From Eledone cirrhosa (lineage: Eukaryota): DNA of 64,000 nt. The translations under genes and the position numbers were made by a program. Positions 1 to 13,641 of this stretch are shown here, one piece after another. Where the stretch lies: positions 62,001 to 126,000 of the forward strand of contig CAXHJY010000818.1 of assembly GCA_964016885.1 (NCBI GenBank), read 5' to 3'. The notes beneath the pieces were generated by a model. That model saw nothing but the letters and a program-made list of their open reading frames with translations. It was not told the origin of the DNA and ran no database searches. Numbering within the stretch: the first letter of the stretch is position 1; the number at the start of each line of letters is the position of its first letter.

Positions 1-156
1 GAAGCAATGTGAAATAAAGTGTCTTGCTCAAGGAAACAACACATCACCCGGTCTGAGAATTGAACTCACAACCTTTCAATTGCAAGGCTAATGCTCTAAC
101 CACTAAGCCATGTGCCTCCACATTATATAATATAATTTCCTTGTTATTGTTTGCAG

Positions 157-263
157 GTCTTCTTGTAGCTGAATGTAACAAGCCAGAAAACACTCTCAAT
201 AATTGTGTAGTTGCTGTCAACTTTGTTTTATCTAGTCTCAACCAAACAATGATAAACCAATAA
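157..263 (+). CDS. Probable last coding exon of an unidentified upstream gene (..GLLVAECNKPENTLNNCVVAVNFVLSSLNQTMINQ*)
   Basis: Acceptor ttgtttgcag|157; only one frame stays open, TAA at 261-263; donor CA|GTGAGT at 271; candidate 3'UTR exon acceptor ttttctctctttccag|5237 with AATAAA at 5553. No protein family recognised. Confidence 0.45.
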
Positions 264-514
264 ACAGGCAGTGAGTATTTCAGTAGTTTTCTCATTAAAA
301 GTCCTTATTAACAGTTAATTAGTATTTCTCTAGTCTGTCAACATATCCCATTGTTAATGTCACATATATAGTTATGTTATATATTCTCTGTCAACATAAG
401 TATCTGATTGTTAATGACATATATATATATATAGTTATGTCATATATTGTCTGTCAACATAAGTATCTAATTGTTTGTGGGTATTGATGGCTGTTCCCTG
501 TGGCATAACTGACA

Positions 515-3500
515 CATACCACATAGACTGGGGGTGTAGTCTGTCTCTCTCTCCCACACCACCTAGACTGGGGGTGTAGTCTGTCTCTCTCTCTTTCCCA
601 CACACCACATAGACTGGGGGTGTAGTCTGTCTCTCTCTCTCTCTCCCACACCACCTAGACTGGGGGTGTAGTCTGTCTCTCTCTCTTTCCCACACACCAC
701 ATAGACTGGGGGTGTAGTCTGTCTCTCTCTCTTTCCCACACACCACATAGACTGGGGGTGTAGTCTGTCTCTCTCTCTTTCCCACACACCACATAGACTG
801 GGGGTGTAGTCTGTCTCTCTCTCTTTCCCACACACCACATAGACTGGGGGTGTAGTCTGTCTCTCTCTCTTTCCCACACACCACATAGACTGGGGGTGTA
901 GTCTGTCTCTCTCTCTTTCCCACACACCACATAGACTGGGGGTGTAGTCTGTCTCTCTCTCTCTTTCCCACACACCACATAGACTGGGGGTGTAGTCTGT
1001 CTCTCTCTCTTTCCCACACACCACATAGACTGGGGGTCTAGTCTGTCTCTCTCTCTCCCACACCACCTAGACTGGGGGTGTAGTCTGTCTCTCTCTCTCT
1101 CCCACACCACCTAGACTGGGGGTGTAGTCTGTCTCTCTCTCTCTCCCACACACCACATAGACTGGGGGTGTAGTCTGTCTCTCTCTCTCTCCCACACACC
1201 ACATAGACTGGGGGTGTAGTCTCTCTCTCTCTCTCTCTCTCCCACACACCACATAGACTGGGGGTGTAGTCTGTCTCTCTCTCTCTCCCACACACCACAT
1301 AGACTGGGGGTGTAGTCTGTCTCTCTCTCTCTCCCACACACCACATAGACTGGGGGTGTAGTCTGTCTCTCTCTCTCTCCCACACACCACATAGACTGGG
1401 GGTGTAGTCTGTCTCTCTCTCTCTCCCACACACCACATAGACTGGGGGTGTAGTCTGTCTCTCTCTCTCTCCCACACACCACATAGACTGGGGGTGTAGT
1501 CTGTCTCTCTCTCTCCCACACCACCTAGACTGGGGGTGTAGTCTCTCTCTCTCTCTCTCTCCCACACCACCTAGACTGGGGGTGTAGTCTCTCTCTCTCT
1601 CCCACACCACCTAGACTGGGGGTGTAGTCTGTCTCTCTCTCTCTCTCCCACACACCACATAGACTGGGGGTCTAGTCTGTCTCTCTCTCTCCCACACCAC
1701 CTAGACTGGGGGTGTAGTCTGTCTCTCTCTCTCTCCCACACCACCTAGACTGGGGGTGTAGTCTCTCTCTCTCTCTCTCCCACACCACCTAGACTGGGGG
1801 TGTAGTCTGTCTCTCTCTCTCTCCCACACACCACATAGACTGGGGGTGTAGTCTGTCTCTCTCTCTCCCACACCACCTAGACTGGGGGGTGTAGTCTGTC
1901 TCTCTCTCTCTCCCACACCACCTAGACTGGGGGTGTAGTCTGTCTCTCTCTCCCACACCACCTAGACTGGGGGTGTAGTCTGTCTCTCTCTCCAACACCA
2001 CCTAGACTGGGGGTGTAGTCTCTCTCTCTCCCACACCACCTAGACTGGGGGTGTAGTCTCTCTCTCTCTCTCCCACACCACCTAGACTGGGGGTGTAGTC
2101 TGTCTCTCTCTCTCTCCCACACACCACATAGACTGGGGGTGTAGTCTGTCTCTCTCTCTCTCCCACACACCACATAGACTGGGGGTGTAGTCTGTCTCTC
2201 TCTCTCTCCCACACACCACATAGACTGGGGGTGTAGTCTGTCTCTCTCTCTCTCCCACACACCACATAGACTGGGGGTGTAGTCTGTCTCTCTCTCTCCC
2301 ACACCACCTAGACTGGGGGTGTAGTCTGTCTCTCTCTCTCTCCCACACCACCTAGACTGGGGGTGTAGTCTGTCTCTCTCTCCTGCACCACCTAGACTGG
2401 GGGTGTAGTCTGTCTCTCTCTCTCTCCCACACACCACATAGACTGGGGGTGTAGTCTGTCTCTCTCTCTCTCCCACACACCACATAGACTGGGGGTGTAG
2501 TCTGTCTCTCTTTCCCGCACCACCTAGACTGGGGGTGTAGTCTGTCTCTCTCTCTCTCCCACACACCACATAGACTGGGGGTGTAGTCTGTCTCTCTCTC
2601 TCTCCCACACACCACATAGACTGGGGGTGTAGTCTGTCTCTCTCTCTCCCACACCACCTAGACTGGGGGTGTAGTCTGTCTCTCTCTCTCTCCCACACAC
2701 CACATAGACTGGGGGTGTAGTCTGTCTCTCTCTCTCTCCCACACACCACATAGACTGGGGGTGTAGTCTGTCTCTCTCTCTCCCACACCACCTAGACTGG
2801 GGGTGTAGTCTGTCTCTCTCTCTCTCCCACACACCACATAGACTGGGGGTGTAGTCTGTCTCTCTCTCTCTCCCACACACCACATAGACTGGGGGTGTAG
2901 TCTGTCTCTCTCTCTCCCACACCACCTAGACTGGGGGTGTAGTCTGTCTCTCTCTCTCCCACACCACCTAGACTGGGGGTGTAGTCTGTCTCTCTCTCTC
3001 TCCCACACCACCTAGACTGGGGGTGTAGTCTGTCTCTCTCTCCCGCACCACCTAGACTGGGGGTGTAGTCTGTCTCTCTCTCCCACACCACCTAGACTGG
3101 GGGTGTAGTCTCTCTCTCTCCCACACCACCTAGACTGGGGGTGTAGTCTCTCTCTCTCTCTCTCTCCCACACACCACATAGACTGGGGGTGTAGTCTGTC
3201 TCTCTCTCTCTCCCACACCATCTAGACTGGGGGTGTAGTCTCTCTCTCTCTCCCACACACCACATAGACTGGGGGTGTAGTCTGTCTCTCTCTCTCTCCC
3301 ACACCACCTAGACTGGGGGTGTAGTCTCTCTCTCTCTCCCACACACCACATAGACTGGGGGTGTAGTCTGTCTCTCTCTCTCTCCCACACCACCTAGACT
3401 GGGGGTGTAGTCTCTATCTCTCTCTCTCTCTCTCTCCCACACACCACATAGACTGGGGGTGTAGTCTGTCTCTCTCTCTCTCTCTCCCACACCACCTAGA

Positions 3501-4382
3501 CTGGGGGTGTAGTCTGTCTCTCTCTCTCTCCCACACACCACATAGACTGGGGGTGTAGTCTGTCTCTCTCTCTCTCTGCCACACCACCTAGACTGGGGGT
3601 GTAGTCTGTCTCTCTCTCTCTCCCACACACCACCTAGACTGGGGGTGTAGTCTGTCTCTCTCTCTCTCTCCCACACACCACATAGACTGGGGGTGTAGTC
3701 TGTCTCTCTCTCTCTCCCACACACCACATAGACTAGGGGTGTAGTCTGTATCTCTCTCTCTCCCACACCACCTAGACTGGGGGTGTAGTCTGTCTCTCTC
3801 CCACACCACCTAGACTGGGGGTGTAGTCTGTCTCTCTCTCCCACACACCACCTAGACTGGGGGTGTAGTCTGTCTCTCTCTCTCTCCCACACACCACCTA
3901 GACTGGGGGTGTAGTCTGTCTCTCTCTCTCTCCCACACCACCTAGACTGGGGGTGTAGTCTGTCTCTCTCTCCCACACCACCTAGACTGGGGGTGTAGTC
4001 TGTCTCTCTCTCCCACACCACATAGACTGGGGGTGTAGTCTGTCTCTCTCTCTCTCCCACACACCACATAGACTGGGGGTGTAGTCTGTCTCTCTCTCTC
4101 CCACACCACCTAGACAGGGGGTGTAGTCTGTCTCTCTCTCTCTCCCACACCACCTAGACTGGGGGTGTAGTCTGTCTCTCTCTCTCTCCCACACACCACC
4201 TAGACTGGGGGTGTAGTCTCTCTCTCTCTCCCACACCACCTAGACTGGGGGTGTAGTCTGTCTCTCTCTCCCACACCACCTAGACTGGGGGTGTAGTCTG
4301 TCTCTCTCTCCCACACCACCTAGACTGGGGGTGTAGTCTCTCTCTCTCTCCCACACACCACCTAGACGGGGGGTGTAGTCTC
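515..4382. repeat. Compound minisatellite, ~40-48 bp unit with variable (TC)n
   Basis: CACCAC(A/C)TAGACTGGGGGTGTAGTCTG(TC)nCCACA repeated about 90 times; source of the 'MVWERER' ORFs. Confidence 0.97.
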
Positions 4383-4614
4383 AATTTTCTTTACTTTTAC
4401 TATTAAAAATCTTTTTTCTCCTTTTTTTTTTGTTTTTTCATTCTTTTGTTTTCTTTTTTTTTATTTATTAACGTAGATCGATTTTATTTTTATTTTTTTT
4501 TTTTTTAGTAATCAAGAATTTAGAAATATTTAGTAATATAACTAACTTTCTCGTTAATAATCTTGTGTCTGGAACATAACTTAACAAAAGTTCTTGCTTA
4601 AAATTATGGAAATT

Positions 4615-5095
4615 TCAGAAGGGAGGTAGGTGTAAAAGCCAAACTCACTATCTTCAGTTCGGTATTTGTGTCAACCCTTACAGTCATGAATCTTGGGTAA
4701 TGACCGAAATAATACAATTGCGAATACATGCAGCTGAAATGGTGTTCCTCTGATGGTTCTTTAGAGCTCAGAGATCAGAGAGTCACTCCAGGTGGAGTCA
4801 CTACTTCTCCGAATTGAGAGATCACAGCTCCGATACTATGGACATGTGGTTAGAATGTCTCACAAAATAACAGTTGGACAGATTTTACAGAGAAAAACCA
4901 AGTGGCAGGAGACCCAGGGGTAGACCTCGAACAAGATAATTGGATAACATCCATGAGCTTGGCTGATCTCGCTTGGGGATCCAACCAGGTCAGTTGGAGA
5001 CAGTTGCTTATGACAGGACCCACTGGAAAGAGTGTTTGAGGACTCCTTCCAGTGGGTCCCAACAAGCCTCCCAGAAATAAGTGAGCAAAGAAGAA
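4615..5095 (+). mobile_element. Degenerate LINE (RTE-like) 3' coding remnant; related copy 24200-24730 (-)
   Basis: RIHAAEM.FL, SSEIRESLQVESLLLRIERSQLRYYGHVVRM with stops/frameshifts. Confidence 0.7.
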
Positions 5096-5984
5096 GAAAT
5101 ATAAAACATTTGAAAATAAAGAGTTTTGTATCGTAGAATCAGGGGTCATTTCATGAGGGTCTGTAAGATTAACTCTAAATTAAATGCTCTTATTTATTAT
5201 CTTTATTCTGACAGTTTTCTTTTTCTCTCTTTCCAGAATTCCATTCAAATGTTTGGCTTTTCTTCACATTTTACATTTCTTCATGACGCCATCAAATTAT
5301 AAATATTCAATTTTTAAATTTTTTTTTTTTTTTTTTTCAAATGGAAAAACATAATTTAAATGAGATAACCTAGCCAACCTTACACAATTCAATTGTTTGT
5401 AACAATGTATGTAATCATTCAACTAAAACACTCTTGTGTTGTTGAAAAACTCTCAAGAGTTACGTCTTTGTCTTTTAAGTTAGCTATAAATGTCAAATGG
5501 TTTTATTAGCCTAACGCTAATTATGGTTAGCACAATGTATTACATTTCTGGCAATAAAACATTAATATTTAAAAATCAATTCAATTGATTGATCTTTTAT
5601 TGTATTTGTATTTTATTTTTATTTATTGATTTTGTATTTATTTGTGACCTTAGCTCAAGAGTCTTTTTGTAAGATATAAGAGTGGTTAGCTGAGAACATA
5701 GCCAGTCCTCATTTAGTGACCACATGACCATAGCTAGTCCTCATTTAGTGAAGAACTTATCAAACTGGACCAAAGAAACAATGTTCCCATTGCTGACACT
5801 ATCTACCAGTTGCAAGAGAATGTTTGATTGTATTATTGATATCTATAAAAAGCCATTGTACTTTAGAATCGGCCTTTGCTACTTTTTAATCTTTTGTGAG
5901 AGTTATCTAACTCTCAATCGACATACTTAGCTATCTTTGTATGTATACATACACACACATACAAATATATATATATATGCATAT

Positions 5985-6492
5985 GATGGATGACAGCTAT
6001 ATAAAAAAGTGCAGAGCACTCAGTCGATGGAAGCCTTGGACTGGGAAGACATGGGACGAGGTGATAAAAGCTGACCTCACCAAATTGCTCCTCTCAAAGA
6101 TGATGACATAGGACCAAAATCTCTGGCGTTACGCAGTAATACAGAAGACCCAAATTCCCGCAGGTACAGGCCGTAGCTGAAGCATATATATATAGCATGC
6201 ACCAAACAGCCCCACCTCACCCACTCCCATACAGCTCCCATGAGGACAAGCCAAAGTATACATCTAGCAAAGCCTTCAGTCCATACACTGTAAAGTGGTC
6301 ATGTAGGTGTGTGTCACAACAAAAAGCACCCAGTCCACACTGTAAATGTGGTTGGCATTAGAAAAGGAATCCAGCTGCCAAAATCAGCCCTGCGTGAAAG
6401 ACGGTCTGCCGACCAGATTTCTCACAAAGGGACAGCCGGTCCTACCCATGCTAGCATGGAAGGTGGGGACATTAAACAATGATGATAGTGAT
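5985..6492 (+). mobile_element. Degenerate RTE 3' fragment
   Basis: KTWDEVIKADL-like coding remnant, shared 3'UTR, gatgat tail. Confidence 0.8.
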
Positions 6493-6874
6493 GCTCGCTC
6501 TCTCTCTCCCTCTCTCTCTCTAATGAAATAGATATCGTTTTTTACAAAAACAAGATAAAAAAATTAGAAACATAAGTGGAGAAGTTAAAAACAGCTCAAA
6601 ATACAGTAATTTATTATAATAAGCAATACAAAAGGCTGTTTCATATTTCTTTGAAATAATTTTCCCAAAAAGCATGTATACAAAATCCTATTGTGCTAAA
6701 GATAATAATTACACATGAAGCAAATTATTTATTAAAATAGACACCAAATACATTAATACATTAAATGATGATTTACGAACATTTCATCCCCTTCTTAATC
6801 TTAAAGTCCCAGGAATGTTCATAAATCAGCATTTAATGTAAAAACGTGTTTGGTGTCTATTTTAATATATATAT

Positions 6875-7090
6875 ATATCATCATCATCATCATCAGGTTT
6901 AGCGTCCGTGTTCCACGCTTGCATGGGTTTGGACGGGGGTTTTCCCACTTGAGGCAAGAGTGGTTGTCTTGCTCGCATAGGACTGTCTGGCGGGTTTTCT
7001 ACAGTTGGATGCCCTTCCTAACACCAACCACATTTACAGTGTGGGGCTGGGAGGTTTTTACCGTGTTGCCTACACGGCCACATTACAGCG
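6875..7090 (-). mobile_element. RTE 3'UTR fragment
   Basis: Reverse complement of 55700-55915, flanked by (TA)n. Confidence 0.85.
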
Positions 7091-7599
7091 TATATATATA
7101 TTCATTTAGGTTTGTTGGTTTACCACTGGATAGAACTGGTCATTCCGTATAGTCAACCTTGATGTAATATTAGGGAGACCACTCGACGTAATGCAACTCA
7201 CTGGTCTTCGTTTGTGTTGGTGGTGGTGCAAGTACGGAGTTAATTATTATAAAATAACGGGAGGCTGGACTGGTGTAATTCCTTAAACTATGAACATTTC
7301 AATGACCGGGTTCAGTATGAATCTGGTGACATCATCAGGTATTCCGAAATTTATCCAACAAAGGAATATAATAATAGACACAATCCAAAGGGCTGAAAAG
7401 CAGAGAGAAATGCCCAAGACGAGAAGGCGGCCAAAAATTTGCAGTTGCTAATACCCAATGTTCCTTAATAAATGTTCTAAGGATTAGGAATTTATTTATT
7501 TGTGTTAACATTGTATATGCTCCGATGATTCCAGACTGGAAGAAACGATCATTATCAATTAAATGCATTAAACAAAAATATGATTGTTTTCTATGTTGT

Positions 7600-9195
7600 A
7601 TCATCATCATCATCATCATCACCGTTTTACGTCCGTTCTTCCACGCTAGCATGGGTTAGACGGGTTGTCCTGTTGTGGGCAGTGTCTGGTCGGCTGACCA
7701 TGCCTTGCTCATACAGGAACTGATCTGGCTTGATTTCTACAGCTGGATGCCCTTCCTAACACCAACCTCATTTACAGTGAGTGCTGGGTGCTTTTTCCAT
7801 GGCACCTACACGTCCACTTTACAGTGTGGGCTGGGTGCTTTTTTGCCGTGGCACCTCCACGACCACCTTGGAGTGGGGGCATATTGTTTATATGCTTCAG
7901 CATGTACCCATGGGGGGTCGGGTACCCTGTATTACTGCGTGACGCCAGAAGTCACGGTCGTGTGTCATTGTCTTTGAGAGGTGTAGTTGGGTAAGGTCGG
8001 CTTTTATCACCTCATCCCAAGTCATCTTGGGTGTCCCCACTCCGCGGTTTCCATCAATTTCTAGTGCTCTGCACCTTTTTATGCAGCTGTCATCCTTCAT
8101 ACGCATCACATGTCCATACCAGCGTAACCGCCTCTCCTGCACGCAGCATTTGATTCCTCTTATGCTCAGTCTCTCTCTCAATTTCTTTATGCTTTGTCGT
8201 TCACGTATATTACTGTTACACATCCATCGGAGCATGCAGGCTTCGTTTCTCTCTAATCTACGTAAGTCTTCCACCTTCAGCGCCCAGGTCTCACTACCAT
8301 GCAACATCGCTGTTCGGATACACGCATCATACAGTCTGCCTTTCATTCTGAGGGAGAAGCCTTTTGCAGCTAGCAGTGGTAGTAGTTCCCTAAACTTCTT
8401 CCATCCCGTTCTTACCCTAGTTATTGTACTTTCTGAGCACCCACCTCCGTTGCTAATTCGGTCACCTAGGTAGCAGAAGCTGTTTACTGTTTCTACAGGG
8501 CCCTCCCAGAGATTGGTGGTACTTGTTTCCTGTGGCTGTTTGCTTTCTGTTTCAGCACAGCTGCTGCATGTGAATCCTACATTCTTAATTAAGCTTCCTG
8601 AGATCCCGCTACATCTCTTATGTACCCATTGTTTGCATTTGGGGCAGAGAATGGAGTTCCTACCTACACCTTTCCTACATACTGAGCAAGGCCATTTCCC
8701 TGAGGGGATCTGGGTTCTGTTTTCTCGTCTACTTACAAGGACCTTAGTCTTTGTCATGTTGACTTTGAGGCCCTTTCTCTCTAGTCCCTGCTTCCAGGTT
8801 TGGAATTTATTCTCTAGTTCTACCATAGATTCAGCTATGAGTGCGAGGTCATCAGCATACAGGAGTTCCCATGGGCATCCGGTCTTAAACTCCTCCGTTA
8901 TTGCCTGCAGGACTATGATGAACAGGAGAGGGCTAAGAACATAGCCCTGGTGGACCCCAACCTGTACGCTAAATTCCTCGCTATACTCATTGCTAATCCT
9001 AACTTTGCTGACTGCTCCCCTATACATGGCTTGTACCGCTTTCACAAGCCATTCATCTACTCCTAGTTTTCTAAGAGCCCACCAGATTACTGCACGTGGA
9101 ACTCTGTCAAAGGCTTTCTCAAGGTCGACAAATGCCAAGTAGAGTGGCTTACTTTTAGCTAGGTACTTTTCCTGTAATTGCCTCACAAGGAATGT
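7600..9195 (-). mobile_element. 5'-truncated RTE LINE (related subfamily), RT C-half ORF 7897..9186 intact
   Basis: 429-aa ORF collinear with the 52553 ORF (DLEKAFDRV, YADD, zinc finger); tail as (CAT)n at 7600-7621; 5' end abuts (TA)n. Confidence 0.92.
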
Positions 9196-9829
9196 ATATA
9201 TATATATATGACACTAATTTCCGACTCCAGAAGTAAAATGTTAAACTATATTGCTGTTGATGACATGTAACCACTGGTCTTAAAAAGAAAATGAAACAAG
9301 GAAAAATTCAAAATAGAAAAGCCAATTAAATAAGTCAATGGTGTGAAAAATCTTTCCTAGATTCATTGTTTTACAATGTACCTGATCTAGAAAACTTGAG
9401 TGTTTATCAACTGCATCTCAACTGATATGGAAGGCAGTCCTCCACCTACGCTTTGTAAATAGAGGAAGTACTCTCGGGTCCCAAATAATAGAGGGGGGGA
9501 GGGAGAATAAGCGGGGGAGTTGGATTAAATGTGGGTGGGGGAATACGTGGGAGAGTTGGAAAATCAATAATTTTTCAAGACCTGACAGTAAGTGATCAGG
9601 CCCAAAATGTTTTCTATGATGGTCTGGTTTGAAGGTTTGGGGTGTCGGTCAAGCCATTGGGTCAAGTTTGAATGTATATATAATATATTATCAAAGATGG
9701 ATGAGTTGTGAAACGTTGAGTGCTTTACCTACTATTACATCCTCATTAACTATGTGGAATGACCAGTTCTATCCAGTGGTGAACCACCAAACTCAAATAT
9801 ATATATATATATATATATATAAATATATA

Positions 9830-10135
9830 TATAGGAACGAGTAGGACCCCGACGGCAGAGCTCAAGCCGTTTCGAAACGGCTTGAGCTCAGCCGTCGGGG
9901 TCCTACTCGTTCCTATTACCCACTCTACTACCCTAAGTATTGAGTACTTTGGTGCGTTATGGTCCATCTGGTTCCTTACCACATTTCCTTCATTATATAT
10001 ATATATATTCGGAACAGCTAGAGCTCAACCGTCGGAGTCCTGACTCTTTTCATATTACCCACTCTACTACCCTAAGTATTGAGTACTCTGGTGCGCTATG
10101 ATCCACCTGGTATCTTACCACAGCCTCTTTGTTGT
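9830..10135. mobile_element. Palindrome-containing element family (copies at 17228-17370, 17435-17550, 33390-33530)
   Basis: 9830-9915 near-perfect palindrome centred on tttcgaaa; shared tail attgagtactctggtgcgttatggtccatctggttccttaccac. Confidence 0.7.
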
Positions 10136-10334
10136 GTGTTGGCAGTATCGGTAGAGGGTCGAACGTCATGCTTTGACGCATAGAGTTACGGCCCTTGCCA
10201 TTCTGAGTTCAAATCCCGCCGAGGTTAACTTTGCCTTTCATCCTTACGGGGTCGATAAAATAAAGTACCAGTAAAATAAAGTACTGGGTAATTGCTGGCC
10301 TTGTGCCAATAGTAGAAACAATTAATCAGTATAC

Positions 10335-10625
10335 GCTGAGGATGAAGAACTCAGAGCTGTACGGGAGCCTCCCAAAAGTCAGTTCGAAGGTAACAGAGAG
10401 GAGACTGAGGTTAGTTGGACATGCTCACCGATATTCAGAGTTGACACTGCACTCAGTGCTCCTGTGGGAACCCCTACACGGACACACTAGAAGAGGGAGA
10501 CCGATGTTGGCGCCCTAAGGATAGACACTGGTCTCTGGGAGACGCAGGACATTGCAGCGATGATGAAAGACAGAGACCACTGGAGAGAACTCGTCATTGG
10601 ATCTCGGGAATTTTACCCGCCCTAG
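10335..10625 (+). mobile_element. RTE/RTEX-like LINE 3' fragment; related remnant at 48270-48470
   Basis: ELYGSLPKVS..RRLRLVGH..VLLWEP.HG..RGRP. Confidence 0.7.
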
Positions 10626-10651
10626 ATATATATATAATAACTAGAAATTGA

Positions 10652-10905
10652 TTAACATATATATAAACATGAATAATCACAGGAGAGAATTTTTACAAGT
10701 GTGTAACCACACATAGCTATGTGTGGTTACACACTTGTAAAAATTATCTCCTGTGATTATTCATGTTTATATATATGTTAAATGCTCGGACCTACTCGTT
10801 AGAATCTTAGAGCTTATTTTCCGGGTGATATGGCGCATGTCTTTCTGGCATGACACCCATAATTTTGATTTAGATTAAATTCATTTAATTTATCTTAATT
10901 TTGGA
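10652..10905. mobile_element. Fold-back element (loopless palindrome 10652-10780 plus tail)
   Basis: Centre catag|ctatg at about 10717. Confidence 0.7.
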
Positions 10906-11804
10906 TATATATATATACCATTCATAATAGAAAGACTATGAAACATTCGATAAAATTAATAAATAATATATATGTAAAAATATTCAATCAATTGTATACG
11001 TTTATATCCATTTCGATTCCAAACCACATGAAATCAGCCCCTCTTTCTAGTTTATTAAACTGTTTGTTTTAAAGTGTTTATATTTATCTTTAAAAATAAA
11101 CCCTTCTACCATGATTTTATGTAAGAACATTTAAGTCATGTTTCAAGCACCGAATAAATAATGAAAAAGGTCTTCGTCCACTTATTTCTGAGAGAGTTGT
11201 GAATAAGTGGATGACAACAATAAAGAAGAAGAGAGATAGGAGAAGAGAAAGGAAGAAGAAGAGAGAGGAAGAAAAAAAGGGCAGAAAAGGAAGAAGTGAC
11301 TTATCCATTATTTATCTGGTCTGTGGAACATAACTTAATGAAGGTCCTTACATAAATTTATAATGGAAAGATTTTAAATAAACACTTTAAAATAAAATCA
11401 CATGGGTATTTATTTTTTACGATTACTTTTAATCGTAGAATAAAGGTGAAAAGAAAATACTGGTATTTGTGACTAAAGAAATTGTAGCCTGATAGTGGGG
11501 TTTAGAACCCTCTAAAGAAATGGAAAAAGATGAGTATTTCTATTTTCAAACTCGCTCGCTGTTTCAAAAACACACTTGACAAAATACTGGTATATTACTA
11601 ATTATTATCGGTGGCTCGAAACATTATTATCTTTCGAAATTATTTAGAATTCACAATTAGTATCTTTCATTAGAAATAGGGTGTTAATTAAACAGCAAAA
11701 TATAAAACCCTTCCGTCAAAGAATTCAAACAAAAAAGCAATTGTTATCATAATCAAGCCGGAACTATTTGCTCCAGTTAGATATTTGAGAGATGTATGGT
11801 TCTA

Positions 11805-11950
11805 TAATAAAGTGAAATTGTAGATTTCCAAGAAAAAAACTGTAACTTCTTTATTCCTTTGGGTGACGTAGCCTATGTACGTGACTACCGTTTGATTTAT
11901 TCATACTGTATGATAGAAGTGAAACAAGGATCCTAACGATGGTTTCACTG
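11805..11950 (+). promoter_or_regulatory. Candidate immune-response motif cluster upstream of the cytokine receptor
   Basis: AAAGTGAAA 11809, TTCCAAGAA 11826 (GAS consensus), TGACGT 11864, GAAGTGAAAC 11916, GTTTCACT 11942. Confidence 0.3.
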
Positions 11951-12545
11951 CTATCATCATTGTTATTATAGAAATAGCTTCTACATTACAACTGTTTCGT
12001 TCAGAAGACATGTCCGATTGAACACTGCACTCACACATACACACACACAATATATATATATATACTTCGGTATTGAGTACTCTTTTCTCTCTACCATTAA
12101 CTACATACGAATATTCTAAATATACATATATACATCTTAGTTATTTAATTATGTTCAAACATGCACGGAACGACAAGCTCTTCCTAATGTTTCAAAGCCC
12201 AATTATGACCATCCCCCCCAGATTGTGTTGCAGAGTGGAAGAGGTGATCAGAGATGTGACTTAATCACCACTCGCTTTTACTTCCACAGAACCGGAACCG
12301 TTTCATTCATAAGAAATCATCAGGAAAGTCCTGTACTTTTCCAACGTATTGAGTACGTTTTTTTAACTGTGGTGACCTCCCGAGATATACACCGGGAACA
12401 TCTTACACACACACATATATATATATATATACATACATGCATTTATACACACACACGTATATGCAAAAAGTAAACAAAGACAAAACAAGCAGCGCAATAC
12501 GATGAAGAAATATATTAGTTTTACACTTGATACAGTAGGGAAAAA

Positions 12546-12549
12546 ATGA
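12546..12549 (+). CDS. Cytokine receptor exon 1 (ATG A|gtgagt)
   Basis: aaaaaATGA|GTGAGT; phase 1 joins exon 2 to give MRVLKIFYIL... Confidence 0.6.
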
Positions 12550-13593
12550 GTGAGTATATTCATATTTAATCATTAAAAAAAACAACAACTTTTCTATTAA
12601 TTGTATTTATTAATTGTGTTAATATTTTCATTCTGAAAGAATTGTGAACAATTTCTGTTATTTATACAACTGTGAATAAAATGAATTATCTATCGTAATG
12701 AAATAAATAGACTACTCGTTATATTAACTTCTGTTTACACTGATAAGAGTAGCTGTGATAAACTTAGTTTTTTTTCTACATATATCAACTGTTTAAAGTT
12801 CATAATTGTCTTTGGACTGGTGGTCGGTGGTTGTGATCGACATAATTAATTCTTGTAGAAATGACTCATAATGTGTTTATTTAATTAAGGAATTCAGCGA
12901 TGCTGTCTGTGAACGGTTCGTATATATATATATATAGTTGGAATTCCTTTTATTAATATAATCTTCTATACACACTCATACACACCCGTGTATATTTATC
13001 TATCTATCTATCTATTATATTGTATTGTAATTAGTCTTAGGTGATTTTACCTAAGACTAATTACAATATAATATATATATATATATATTGCTTTATTACT
13101 TTACTACTATATATACGTATATGTAAGGTTCTTATGAATTATCTAAGACTGAGTTTTACACATACACACATGTATGTGTGTGTGTATGTGTATGCATGTG
13201 TATATGTATGTATATGTTTATATATGTATGTATATATATATGTATATATATGTATGTGTGTATATGTATGCGTGTGTGTGTTTGTATTTGGTTGTGCGTG
13301 TTTATGATATATACGTATTTGTATGTGTATAATTGTTTAGCTATGTATATGTGTGTGTATGTGTACGTATATGTGTGTGTGTGTGTGTGCGTTTATATTT
13401 ATGTATATATATATATATATAGTTTTGCGAGGTTTTTTATATGAAATCGTGTGTCGAAACAGATATTGTTATATTTGGGGAGGGTCATATTTGCGTAATA
13501 TTGCCAGAATTAATAACAGAACACACTCAAACAGTGAGTGTGTTCTGTTATTAATTCTGGCAATATTACGCAAATATGACCCTCCCCAAATAT

Positions 13594-13641
<48 letters not shown>

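Noticed and set aside
435-4239. Many overlapping 'MVWERER...' ORFs
   Set aside because: Translations of a tandem repeat in several frames; no coding signal.
515-4382. CRISPR-like repeat/spacer array
   Set aside because: Intervening segments are only (TC)n length variants, there are no cas genes, and the context is eukaryotic.
12306-12331. STAT-like TTCATAAGAA and NF-kB-like GGAAAGTCC near the receptor start
   Set aside because: They fall inside a hammerhead-like repeat fragment related to 21105 and 35965, so they are better explained as TE sequence; exaptation is not excluded.
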